Origin: a virus
Taxonomy: Duplodnaviria > Caudoviricetes
Direction: 5' to 3' (one strand)
DNA: 34,667 nt
IMG/VR virus record: IMGVR_UViG_3300036825_000147
Span: 1 to 34,667 of that record
The position numbers were made by a program, and so were the translations under genes. Below the pieces are notes generated by a model, which made no database searches, had not been told where the DNA came from, and saw only the letters and a list, made by a program, of their open reading frames with translations. Numbering within the stretch: position 1 is the first letter of the stretch; every line of letters begins with the position of its first letter. Shown one piece after another: positions 1 to 8,240 of this stretch.

Positions 1-1935
1 ATGCTCCGTCCTATTTGTTATGAGCGAGTATCAAGCATTCAGCAAGTCGAAATGGGAAATGGATTGGATGATCAAAGGTCTTCTTTAACTGCCTATTTAG
101 ACAAAAATTCTGATAAGTTCACGAATGATAGAGTTTTCATAACAGATGCGGGGCTTTCGGCATTTAAAAATGCCAATATTTCACCTGAGTCTCAACTTGG
201 GATATTTTTGCAAGATGTGGGGAACCGCAAGTACGGTAAGGGTGACGCACTTATAGTCATTAGCCTTGATAGGTTATCGCGTCGTTCAAGTTGGGCTGAA
301 AGTACTATCCAGTACATCGTGAACAGCGGTGTAGAAATCCACGACATTTCTACAAATCTTGTGTTACGGGCAGATGATCCTATGTCGAAAATCCATATGG
401 AACTCATACAGCATCGCTCGCACAATGAATCATTGATGAAGTCGGTACGTGCTAAGTTAGCTTGGGATAACAAAATTTTACGTGCATTACAGAATGGAGA
501 GGTGATTTCCAATCGTATGCCTAACTGGTTAAAAAATGTTGATAACAAGTATCAGGTGATCCCTGAACAGGCTGAACTTATTGTTAAGTGTTTCGAGTGG
601 TATAGGGAGGGGCTTAGTACTGGAGAGATTGTTAAGCGTATCGGTAAAAAGTGGCAGATGGTAACAGTGTCAAGGCTGATACGTGACCGCCGCTTATTGG
701 GTGAACATGAGCGATATAATGGTGAGGTTGTACCAAATGTTTACCCGAAAATCATTGATGAAGACTTATTCCTAACGGCGAACAGGATGATGGATCGCGT
801 TATGCTGGAGAAGAAAAAGCCAGCCGAGGATCTGTTACTTGAACCTGATGAAGTTCGTGAAATTTTCAAACTGTATGAAAGTGGACTTGGCTCAGGGGCA
901 ATTGTTAAACGCTTGCCTAAAGGGTGGAGTACTGTAAATGTACTGCGAGTACTACGCGATAAGAAAGTAGTTACTATGAAGATTATCGATAATCTCACTT
1001 TTGAACGGGTCAATGAGAAGTTATCAAGGAATGGTATAGCCAATCGTATTCGTAAAGATATAACAATTGCTCAGGATGATTACATCACAAACCTGTTCCC
1101 CAAAATATTAAAGTGTGGTCATTGTGGAGGGAACATCGCCATTCACTATAACCATGTCAGAACTAAGTACGTCATTTGTCGCAACAGGGAAGAGAAGAAG
1201 ATTTGTGATGCCAAATCTTTCCAGTACACAAGAATTGAGAAGAATATTCTTCAACTTGTCAAAAACATCGATTTCAATAAATTAATGATGGAAGGACAGT
1301 CTGATGCTGACCTTTTGCTTACATCGTTGCGAGAAGAATTGTCTACTCTGAAGAAGGAAGAGGAAACCTATCAGATTAAAATTAATGAACGTAAGGTAGC
1401 AGGTAAGAAAACCTCTTTACCATTAATGACTGGTTTGACCGAGGTTCAAGATAGAATTGAAGAAATTGAATCCGATATTTTAAACGCTAAAAATATCAAA
1501 GAAATTCCTGTTTTTGACTTTGATATTAATAAAGTACTTGATCCGATGAATGTTGAACTACGTGCAAAACTAAGAAAGGAATTAAGATTAGTACTTAAAT
1601 CAGTAAAGTACTGGGTTTTTGGAAAACGTATTTTCGTTCAGTTAGAATATTTCAATGAGATCCTATCCCATGTACTTGTGATTGATAATAAGCGGGGTGG
1701 TGGTGAAGTACTACATGAAATTGTCATTTCAGAATCTAATGGTGAACGTGTTTATACGGTCAATGAAGAAGGTAAAACTGTATTCATTGCCTCAGTTACA
1801 TCTGGTACAGATATGTGGTCACTTGCTATTAGTCGTACAAAAAAACTGGATGATGTTGGATTGTATCTTAATTTACTCAATCGTGAAAATTTTGAGATCG
1901 TGGTGAATGAAGATTTGATTGATTGGATAGATTAA
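1..1935 (+). CDS. Large serine recombinase (integrase)
   Basis: N-terminal YERVSS catalytic motif, D-x-G-x-S, SLDRLSR, recombinase domain (YPKIID), zinc ribbon CGHCG...C...C, coiled coil. Confidence 0.93.
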   Translation: MLRPICYERVSSIQQVEMGNGLDDQRSSLTAYLDKNSDKFTNDRVFITDAGLSAFKNANISPESQLGIFLQDVGNRKYGKGDALIVISLDRLSRRSSWAESTIQYIVNSGVEIHDISTNLVLRADDPMSKIHMELIQHRSHNESLMKSVRAKLAWDNKILRALQNGEVISNRMPNWLKNVDNKYQVIPEQAELIVKCFEWYREGLSTGEIVKRIGKKWQMVTVSRLIRDRRLLGEHERYNGEVVPNVYPKIIDEDLFLTANRMMDRVMLEKKKPAEDLLLEPDEVREIFKLYESGLGSGAIVKRLPKGWSTVNVLRVLRDKKVVTMKIIDNLTFERVNEKLSRNGIANRIRKDITIAQDDYITNLFPKILKCGHCGGNIAIHYNHVRTKYVICRNREEKKICDAKSFQYTRIEKNILQLVKNIDFNKLMMEGQSDADLLLTSLREELSTLKKEEETYQIKINERKVAGKKTSLPLMTGLTEVQDRIEEIESDILNAKNIKEIPVFDFDINKVLDPMNVELRAKLRKELRLVLKSVKYWVFGKRIFVQLEYFNEILSHVLVIDNKRGGGEVLHEIVISESNGERVYTVNEEGKTVFIASVTSGTDMWSLAISRTKKLDDVGLYLNLLNRENFEIVVNEDLIDWID

Positions 1936-1939
1936 CTTA

Positions 1940-1979
1940 TGAACACTCTTGGCTGATTAATAATAAACAAGAGTGTTCA
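1940..1979. terminator. Inverted repeat after the integrase, possible terminator
   Basis: TGAACACTCTTG...CAAGAGTGTTCA, 12-bp stem directly after the stop codon; no strong U-tract. Confidence 0.45.
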
Positions 1980-2026
1980 AACCCTCACATACTACCTTTC
2001 ATTTCAACAACTTTTTGAAGGTTCCG

Positions 2027-2034
2027 AATAAATA
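2027..2034 (+). promoter_or_regulatory. T4-late-like promoter motif AATAAATA
   Basis: 29 nt upstream of the ATG at 2064, the same spacing as other copies. Confidence 0.45.
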
Positions 2035-2063
2035 TCTAAAAGATAATTAAAAAGGAACCTCAA

Positions 2064-2231
2064 ATGAACTTTCTAATAGAAGTACTCGCAGCCATTCTTT
2101 ACATTTTAGTTATATTCCCTATGTACATAGTCTGTTCAATCTTCTTTATGGTGCTATGTATCATTACACTACCTTTAAAGATACCAGTAATAAATAGATG
2201 GGTTAGGAACTACCTGAAACGGGAAAAATAA
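2064..2231 (+). CDS. Small hydrophobic membrane protein, 55 aa (missing from the ORF track)
   Basis: AAAGGA RBS; translates as MNFLIEVLAAILYILVIFPMYIVCSIFFMVLCIITLPLKIPVINRWVRNYLKREK. Confidence 0.7.
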   Translation: MNFLIEVLAAILYILVIFPMYIVCSIFFMVLCIITLPLKIPVINRWVRNYLKREK

Positions 2232-2436
2232 ACATGGTATAATATAGGTATCATGTACTTAACGCTTCCACTCAACTTCTTCAGTACTTCCAGATTGAAT
2301 CATCAATAAGGATTTAAAAATCCGTGAAACGATTTTGAAAAAAATCCTATACTAAAAATGTCTTCACATATCTCGCATGTTTCGAAGAATAATAATAAAT
2401 AATATATAGATTGTGACTCATCTATCTTTCCATTGA

Positions 2437-2466
2437 AAAGAAACCCTACGCCGTAGGGTTCTTTTT
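2437..2466. promoter_or_regulatory. Near-perfect palindrome flanked by A and T tracts (bidirectional terminator or operator)
   Basis: AAAAGA-AACCCTACG-C-CGTAGGGTT-CTTTTT. Confidence 0.55.
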
Positions 2467-2513
2467 ACATGGGATTTATTACGAAATCGAAATCATTTAA
2501 TAAGGAAAAACAA

Positions 2514-2684
2514 ATGAAAAACAAAAAAAAGGATGTAAAAACTAATTGTGTGACCGTGCGATTAACTGACTCTCAAGTTATCGCATTGAAGGAACTATCT
2601 AAGAGTGGAGTCTGCGACCGCGAAACACTTGCAAGTGCTTTTCAGTACTTACTAAACCAATACATCATTCTAAAAAAGGGCTAA
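2514..2684 (+). CDS. Small ribbon-helix-helix (CopG/Arc-like) DNA-binding protein, 56 aa
   Basis: TAAGGA RBS favours the ATG at 2514; alternating beta-strand VTVRLT followed by two helices. Confidence 0.6.
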   Translation: MKNKKKDVKTNCVTVRLTDSQVIALKELSKSGVCDRETLASAFQYLLNQYIILKKG

Positions 2685-2756
2685 CTCTCACAGGCCAAGT
2701 AGATGTGAGAAACGCGATCAAAGGAATTGACGCGTTAATTATAAAAGGATGTTCAA

Positions 2757-3236
2757 ATGAAACAATGGAAAAACACACAATATGAAAACTACATAGTAAG
2801 CTCTGATGGTGAAGTTTTTAATACTAAGACTAATAGAAAACTTAAAAACTCATTAAGTAAATCGAATGGGTATTATAAAGTATCATTATCTGTAAAAGGA
2901 TATGGCAGTAAAGTTATTGAGGTACATCGTCTTGTAGCCGAAGCATTTATACCACGCAATCAATCGTTGAAATTAGTAGTTGATCATATTGATGATAATC
3001 CGTTAAACAATGAAGTTAGTAATTTACAATGGATTACTCAGAAAAATAATATTGCAAAAATTAAAAAAAGAAAGCCTGGTGTTCGTTTTACAAAAGAAGA
3101 GAAAGAAGAAATTATTAGTACTTACAAAACTGGCAAGTACTCATTGATTGGAATAACAAACTATTTCAATAATCTTTGGAATCGTTCAGTATCACGTCAA
3201 GCTTATACAAGAATTATAAAAAAAGCAGGGCAATAA
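2757..3236 (+). CDS. NUMOD4/HNH homing-type endonuclease
   Basis: WK..Y.VSSDGEV, GYYKVSL, VHRLVAEAFIP, VDHIDDNPLNNEVSNLQW. Confidence 0.88.
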   Translation: MKQWKNTQYENYIVSSDGEVFNTKTNRKLKNSLSKSNGYYKVSLSVKGYGSKVIEVHRLVAEAFIPRNQSLKLVVDHIDDNPLNNEVSNLQWITQKNNIAKIKKRKPGVRFTKEEKEEIISTYKTGKYSLIGITNYFNNLWNRSVSRQAYTRIIKKAGQ

Positions 3237-3310
3237 AATACAAATGGCCTGTAGTGGGTGGAATCACTACAGGCCATCTATTAATTAACATTTATACAGG
3301 AGTATTTATC

Positions 3311-3772
3311 ATGGCAAAGACCTATTCAACTTTTGATAACAGAAACATAAAGGCACTAATTAGCCAGTACAAGCTATATAAAGATATCCCATGTGAAGAT
3401 ATCAAGAACATTATGAAGGATTCAGTAGCTAAGCTTAAGGTGAGAGATAAGATTAGTGTCTATGACGTGTTTACAGTATTGAGTAATGAAGATGAAATAC
3501 GAAATGATTTACTATTCAATACTATCAATACTATTAAAGTACAACAGGATAAGAAACAAGTAAAAGAACGTATGATTAGGTACTACGGGGCAGCGATCAC
3601 GGATGCAGCAAAACGAATAGAGCAGTATTTGATGGCACACCCAGACGCTCTGCCAGCACCAGCATATGGACAAAGAACACTAACATATAAAGAGGTTGGT
3701 AATCTATTAGAACTACAAAAACAAGGTTATTTTATTGATGACATGATCGAGTACTTAAAGAGCTTGCGTTAA
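3311..3772 (+). CDS. Hypothetical protein (153 aa), candidate origin-binding/replication initiator
   Basis: ACAGGAG RBS supports a start at 3311 rather than 3176; lies directly upstream of the iteron-like repeats; function inferred from position only. Confidence 0.55.
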   Translation: MAKTYSTFDNRNIKALISQYKLYKDIPCEDIKNIMKDSVAKLKVRDKISVYDVFTVLSNEDEIRNDLLFNTINTIKVQQDKKQVKERMIRYYGAAITDAAKRIEQYLMAHPDALPAPAYGQRTLTYKEVGNLLELQKQGYFIDDMIEYLKSLR

Positions 3773-3775
3773 TTG

Positions 3776-3864
3776 TGCCTTATTACGGCATATTACGGCA
3801 TATATCCATGCCGTATTACGGCAGAAAAAGCCCCTGAAACCCGCGTTCTACCATCAATACGGCA
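3776..3864. repeat. Iteron-like TATTACGGCA repeats
   Basis: Copies at 3781, 3791 and 3814; TACGGCA at 3858; palindrome TGCCGTA-T-TACGGCA at 3809-3823. Confidence 0.85.
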
Positions 3865-3871
3865 ACTAAGT

Positions 3872-4055
3872 ATAGAGATACGAAATCCATTCCATTTCAT
3901 TCCATGTATTTCTATCTCTATCAGTATTCAATGAAACTGTGACTGCGTCACGAATACTACTCGTCGTGAACTCCTCGTAGTATTGGTTAGAAACGTTCCG
4001 TTTTTCTCGCTGTACTCGAAAAGACGGAAGGCGTTTCTTCTCGCTTTGCTCGATA
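3872..4055. other. Cluster of consecutive stem-loops, putative origin / single-strand initiation structure
   Basis: Stems at 3872-3921, 3939-3951, 3953-3984 and 3989-4038 in a non-coding region. Confidence 0.55.
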
Positions 4056-4235
4056 GGTGTTAGTACAGCAAGTGAAGTACCTAAAGTGAATTGGTAAGTA
4101 CGAAATGCCCCGCCAGTTTCACCCCTCTCGCTCCAGTCATTTCCCCTTACTATGATGCCATTTGATAACTACATAAAGTACTGGATCAAGTGTGCAATTT
4201 TTGTGTACAAAAGAGGTACTTAAGAGAGGAATAAC

Positions 4236-4967
4236 ATGAACAGAAAACAATTCATCCAGTCGCATGGTGCTACTTGTAGTAACTGGAATTGGAGTTGGTC
4301 ATTTGTGAATCACGACAAGAAAATGGTGATCTTTGGTGCTTGGGATGTTCAGAAAGAGCAAGAAAGATCAGTCATACTGAGGGAGCGGTGGAAAACCAAA
4401 GTAGTGGAAGGCAGGGTAAGAAAAAATCTGGGATACATTCAAGCTATTGAACACATCCAATTGATAGCTGAAGGTTATGATCTTTTCACTTTTAATATGG
4501 AACAGGGGCGAAACGATGAAGATAGAGATGTTGCTGTTATCAAACGTTTCACTCCTAAACTTGAAAAGCGTTACCTTCGAAAAGAAGGTCCAGTTTGGTA
4601 TGCAGATTTTTTGCCTAATCCGTTCCCTGACGAGATTACCTCACCTGAAAACTACGCTGAAGGAGCAAAAAAGCAAATTACAGTAAACTCTTACGAGCGT
4701 GATCCAAAAGCACGGCAGGCTTGTATTGACCATCATGGAACTTCATGCATGTGTTGTGGATTTGACTTTGAGAAAGTCTATGGTGAACACGGAAAAGGAT
4801 TTATACACGTTCATCATATCAAACCACTACATACAGTAGGTGAGAACTATGTAGTAAACCCGATTGAGGATATGGTTCCCCTTTGTCCTAACTGTCATGC
4901 AATGATACATAGGGGAAGTGAAGTCTTAAGTTTAGAAACATTAAAATTAATAGTTGAGAAAAAATGA
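4236..4967 (+). CDS. HNH endonuclease with a McrA-like C-terminal domain
   Basis: YERDP..R..C, CMCCGFDF, IHVHHIKPL, PLCPNCHAMIH; GAGGA RBS. Confidence 0.85.
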   Translation: MNRKQFIQSHGATCSNWNWSWSFVNHDKKMVIFGAWDVQKEQERSVILRERWKTKVVEGRVRKNLGYIQAIEHIQLIAEGYDLFTFNMEQGRNDEDRDVAVIKRFTPKLEKRYLRKEGPVWYADFLPNPFPDEITSPENYAEGAKKQITVNSYERDPKARQACIDHHGTSCMCCGFDFEKVYGEHGKGFIHVHHIKPLHTVGENYVVNPIEDMVPLCPNCHAMIHRGSEVLSLETLKLIVEKK

Positions 4968-5419
4968 GTATATTAACAGTAGCAGCTAAATATAAAGATT
5001 TGTTTTCAGTGCTTTCGTTTATCATAGCATGTACTTCCTTATTTTTTTCAGGTAGAACAGCATGGCATGATAGATCGAGATTGAAAATTTCAGGTCGAGT
5101 TGTATACGAACCGGTTTACGAAAAGGCTTATAAAATTGAAGTGTCAGTTCTGAATGTTGGCAGGCGTGATGCTGTATTAGAAGGGATTCTATGCCATTAC
5201 GAAGGGAATAATACCAGACATAGTTATGAAAAAAATGGATTTATACTAAAAGAAAAGCAAAGAGAAATGTTTCAAATAGAGTTCAGGGATTTAGTAATTA
5301 CAGATGATGATGGAAATGCTTATGAGTTAGAAAACATTACCGTATTGGATGTTGAAGGGAAAGAGCATGAAATTCCTAATTCAAAAAATCTTATTGCAAG
5401 GTTTTCTAAAGATGCATAA
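4964..5419 (+). CDS. Hypothetical protein with an N-terminal membrane anchor
   Basis: ATGA overlap with the HNH gene; hydrophobic residues about 13-30. Confidence 0.7.
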   Translation: MSILTVAAKYKDLFSVLSFIIACTSLFFSGRTAWHDRSRLKISGRVVYEPVYEKAYKIEVSVLNVGRRDAVLEGILCHYEGNNTRHSYEKNGFILKEKQREMFQIEFRDLVITDDDGNAYELENITVLDVEGKEHEIPNSKNLIARFSKDA

Positions 5420-5579
5420 CCTATCGAAAATAAAGATAGCTAAAAAATACGAGTGAATTAGAAAGTCTCATACGGAATATGATAATTTAAGTTGGTTTTT
5501 AGACTCACTACATTTAGGAGGCTGTTTGTTTAAATGGCATATGTTAGAATCGTCATATGCAAACAGCAGGGAAAACAAA

Positions 5580-6107
5580 ATGCAAATCATGAGGATGACA
5601 TACGACGATATTGATAATAATGGCTACGCCAAATTACACGTCTATGGAATAGGAACTTTCTCGGTTTTTAGTGGGCAAAACCCATATACCAATGATCCCA
5701 ACTGTGCGTACTTACCAAACAGTGCAATACCTACTGGAAGGTACTGGATAGTTGATAGGCCAACTGGCTCTACACTGAATAAGATCCGGGCATGGGGCGT
5801 TGATACAATCACAGGTAATGACCACTCCGAATGGTTTGCACTCTTCAGTGCTCAAACCATGACAGATAGCATAATGATTAACGGTGTATCACGTGGTAGT
5901 TTCCGGTTACATCCACTCAGGCCGGATGGTTCTGGTTTCTCAGAGGGGTGTATTACTTTCGTCAATCGACCGGATTTCTACACTGTACGTAGTCAGTTGC
6001 TCCGTACTAAAAAGGTTAAAGTACCAGGATCAAGGACTGGATTGATGGCATATGGTTATGTTGATGTGCAAGGGGGGAGCGACTATGCGAAGTGCAGGAT
6101 TCGTTAA
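5580..6107 (+). CDS. DUF2778 / Tlde1-like (L,D-transpeptidase-fold) protein
   Basis: AIPTGRYWIVDRP and FRLHP...SEGCIT (His/Cys motif); ATG at 5580 preferred over the TTG at 5526. Confidence 0.75.
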   Translation: MQIMRMTYDDIDNNGYAKLHVYGIGTFSVFSGQNPYTNDPNCAYLPNSAIPTGRYWIVDRPTGSTLNKIRAWGVDTITGNDHSEWFALFSAQTMTDSIMINGVSRGSFRLHPLRPDGSGFSEGCITFVNRPDFYTVRSQLLRTKKVKVPGSRTGLMAYGYVDVQGGSDYAKCRIR

Positions 6108-6360
6108 GAATGCGGCCATATACAGTATCTGTATTGTCTTTGCATGGTGGCTATCAAGTTTCGGTAAGCCTCTCAATGGACTAACTCAATGGGTCATGGA
6201 TACCGCCTATAGTACTTTCGGTTCAAGCCTGAGTGGTTCATATGAAGCTGATGCAGATCCGGTAAGGTTCATCGCCTTAATCCTGATGGTTCTTATCTAC
6301 GCTACCATACTGTTCTTGCTCACACGCTTAGTACTCAGAAAGTTTCAGGCCAATCGCTAA
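6085..6360 (+). CDS. Small two-TM membrane protein coupled to the DUF2778 gene
   Basis: GGGGGAG RBS before the ATG at 6085; overlaps the upstream gene end; two hydrophobic segments. Confidence 0.7.
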   Translation: MRSAGFVKNAAIYSICIVFAWWLSSFGKPLNGLTQWVMDTAYSTFGSSLSGSYEADADPVRFIALILMVLIYATILFLLTRLVLRKFQANR

Positions 6361-6377
6361 TACCTCATTTTATTAAG

Positions 6378-6411
6378 TACCCTCACTGCATATGGTGAGG
6401 GTATTTTTTTT
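6378..6411 (+). terminator. Rho-independent terminator
   Basis: TACCCTCAC-loop-GTGAGGGTA followed by a T-tract. Confidence 0.85.
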
Positions 6412-6466
6412 GTACTTAATTACTGGCTCTAAGAATAAATACATCAACAATAGATGAGGTGAGTTT

Positions 6467-6709
6467 ATGGAAAAATATATTATTAACGGTTTTGTTTATG
6501 AAGTGATTGGCAATGTGATAACCGTCCAGCCAGTGCAAGAATTTAAGTTTCAATTTTATCCAAGCGGAAATCAGTCATGCCCTGTATTTTCTATCAAACA
6601 TTATGTCATTGATGAACTACTGAACATGGGAAATGATGAATTATTCAATGCTTCACTAACTGATGAGACTATCATTACTGCAAAGAGTTTAGTGTCTAAT
6701 CAAAATTGA
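6467..6709 (+). CDS. Hypothetical protein
   Basis: GAGGT RBS; AATAAATA at 6434-6441. Confidence 0.65.
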   Translation: MEKYIINGFVYEVIGNVITVQPVQEFKFQFYPSGNQSCPVFSIKHYVIDELLNMGNDELFNASLTDETIITAKSLVSNQN

Positions 6710-6769
6710 GCTGAAAACAGTAAATATATAGAAAGGTTAGCAGTACTAACCCACTATAGGATTTACGAA

Positions 6770-7027
6770 ATGATAAGAATGGAATTTAACACCTATGATG
6801 ATGGAACATACTATTTCCTGTATGTTACAGAGGAAGTACGTATTGAAACTAATGGTTCTGATGGTTTGCAGATGGAAACCTTTGATTCGAGGGTAAGGGA
6901 TTTAGGTGATCCGTTCCAGTACTTAACGATCAAAGAACGAAAAGATGAGTACTTCAACGAAAGCCTATGTAATCAGTACATAGATACTGTTATTGAAGCA
7001 ATCAAAACACTTAATGGGTTGATATGA
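6770..7027 (+). CDS. Hypothetical acidic protein
   Basis: TAGGA RBS; AGTAAATA at 6719-6726 plus a leader hairpin GGTTAG/CTAACC. Confidence 0.65.
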   Translation: MIRMEFNTYDDGTYYFLYVTEEVRIETNGSDGLQMETFDSRVRDLGDPFQYLTIKERKDEYFNESLCNQYIDTVIEAIKTLNGLI

Positions 7028-7102
7028 AGGTGATGATTTTATTTGAGAATGATGACCTTAACTTAAAGCATGATCATCACAACTCTTGTACCATCTATAA
7101 TG

Positions 7103-7786
7103 TTATTTAAAGAGAGTATCAAAATCCACAGTCAAATTTCTAATTGAGTCGGCTAATGATTTATGTATTTCTTCAACATCTAATTTTTTCTGCTGCCATA
7201 ATAGAATTACATTATGTACGGTGTTTTTGTTATCAAATGGGTATGGTAAATCAGAAGTTAGTCTTTCTAATTCTATAAGGTTTTTAATCAGTGAGTGGAT
7301 CTTATCTTCTTGCTGTAATTCTATTTTCCATATTTTTAAACTTTTGAGTCTTGTGCTAAAATTAATTGCTTTTTTTATGAACTCTTGCCAAAGTTCATTA
7401 TGTCGTTTGAAGTTATCTAAAAGATCACTTGGAGTAGCGTTATCCTCAGGCTTAATTATTAACCTGTAACTTGCTAACAAATGCTGTTGCAATATCCTTA
7501 ACTGTATCATTTCTGCCATACACATACTGGCTTGCTTGAATCCTTCATGTTGTATCTTAGGAGAGATCCAATCTTTCGCATTGTACGCAGCATAGACTGC
7601 CGCACCAGCCATCGCCATATTACATACAGCACTTACCCAATCTGTTACGCTCCCCCATTCGAATCCTTTTACATTCAGAAAAAGAACCTTGATAAGTACT
7701 AAGATTGCAACAATGAAAAGAACTATAATGATGCCTAATAAAGAAAAATTTGTTTTTTTAAATTCCACTGTTGAAAAAATCCGCAA
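7103..7786 (-). CDS. Membrane-anchored hypothetical protein, paralogous to 33972-34667
   Basis: 227-aa ORF (TTG start, uncertain) with two N-terminal hydrophobic segments and a shared motif AY..K.W...KI....FK. Confidence 0.7.
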   Translation of the reverse strand: MRIFSTVEFKKTNFSLLGIIIVLFIVAILVLIKVLFLNVKGFEWGSVTDWVSAVCNMAMAGAAVYAAYNAKDWISPKIQHEGFKQASMCMAEMIQLRILQQHLLASYRLIIKPEDNATPSDLLDNFKRHNELWQEFIKKAINFSTRLKSLKIWKIELQQEDKIHSLIKNLIELERLTSDLPYPFDNKNTVHNVILLWQQKKLDVEEIHKSLADSIRNLTVDFDTLFK

Positions 7787-7847
7787 TTAAATTTATTGAT
7801 CAATTATTGTACTTTACCACTGTAAACGCAATCAAGTACACTCCGGT

Positions 7848-7906
7848 TTCACGCTACACCTATAAATGGGTGGTTTGTAGTAGGGTATATGTAGGTGTAG
7901 CGTGAA
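7848..7906. repeat. 15-bp perfect inverted repeat with a 29-nt spacer
   Basis: TTCACGCTACACCTA (7848-7862) / TAGGTGTAGCGTGAA (7892-7906). Confidence 0.85.
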
Positions 7907-7907
7907 G

Positions 7908-8222
7908 TTAGAACGGTAGTTCTTCTTGTCCACAAAACCAATCATCACCATGTTGTTCATATACACGTTGTTCAGCATGTAGATAACTCATAGCGTCCAG
8001 TACAGTTTTGAATGGCGTTTCGCTAATCAGTACAAAACAATCCCTTTCAACCGTTCCCAGCCAGAACACCCCGCCTACAGAACCTTCAAATATCACCCGA
8101 TCACCAAACTTGAATTGCTCAAGAGCACTCCCCCAGTAACAGACCGTGAACCATACCCCATTGTTGGAGAACTGGTGAACACCTCTACGTATGGATGGAT
8201 CGTAACCGTTCTTATTACCCAT
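7908..8222 (-). CDS. Putative SOS-regulated hypothetical protein (104 aa)
   Basis: GGGAGG RBS before the ATG at 8222; LexA box immediately upstream; C-terminus QEELPF. Confidence 0.75.
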   Translation of the reverse strand: MGNKNGYDPSIRRGVHQFSNNGVWFTVCYWGSALEQFKFGDRVIFEGSVGGVFWLGTVERDCFVLISETPFKTVLDAMSYLHAEQRVYEQHGDDWFCGQEELPF

Positions 8223-8240
8223 GCTCAAGCCCTCCCATGA

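Noticed and set aside
192-1906. Alternative-frame ORFs inside the recombinase (192-548, 741-1043, 1682-1906)
   Set aside because: Shadow ORFs of a well-supported gene with no RBS or motifs
2200-2245. T4 middle (MotA-box) promoter at TGGTATAAT
   Set aside because: No TGCTT-type MotA box at about -30; it reads as an ordinary extended -10
3176-3310. Upstream extension of the 3176-3772 ORF
   Set aside because: TTG start overlapping the HNH gene and a hairpin; the RBS supports the ATG at 3311
3776-3864. Possible CRISPR array
   Set aside because: Repeats are only 7-10 bp, adjacent or inverted, with no spacers and no cas genes
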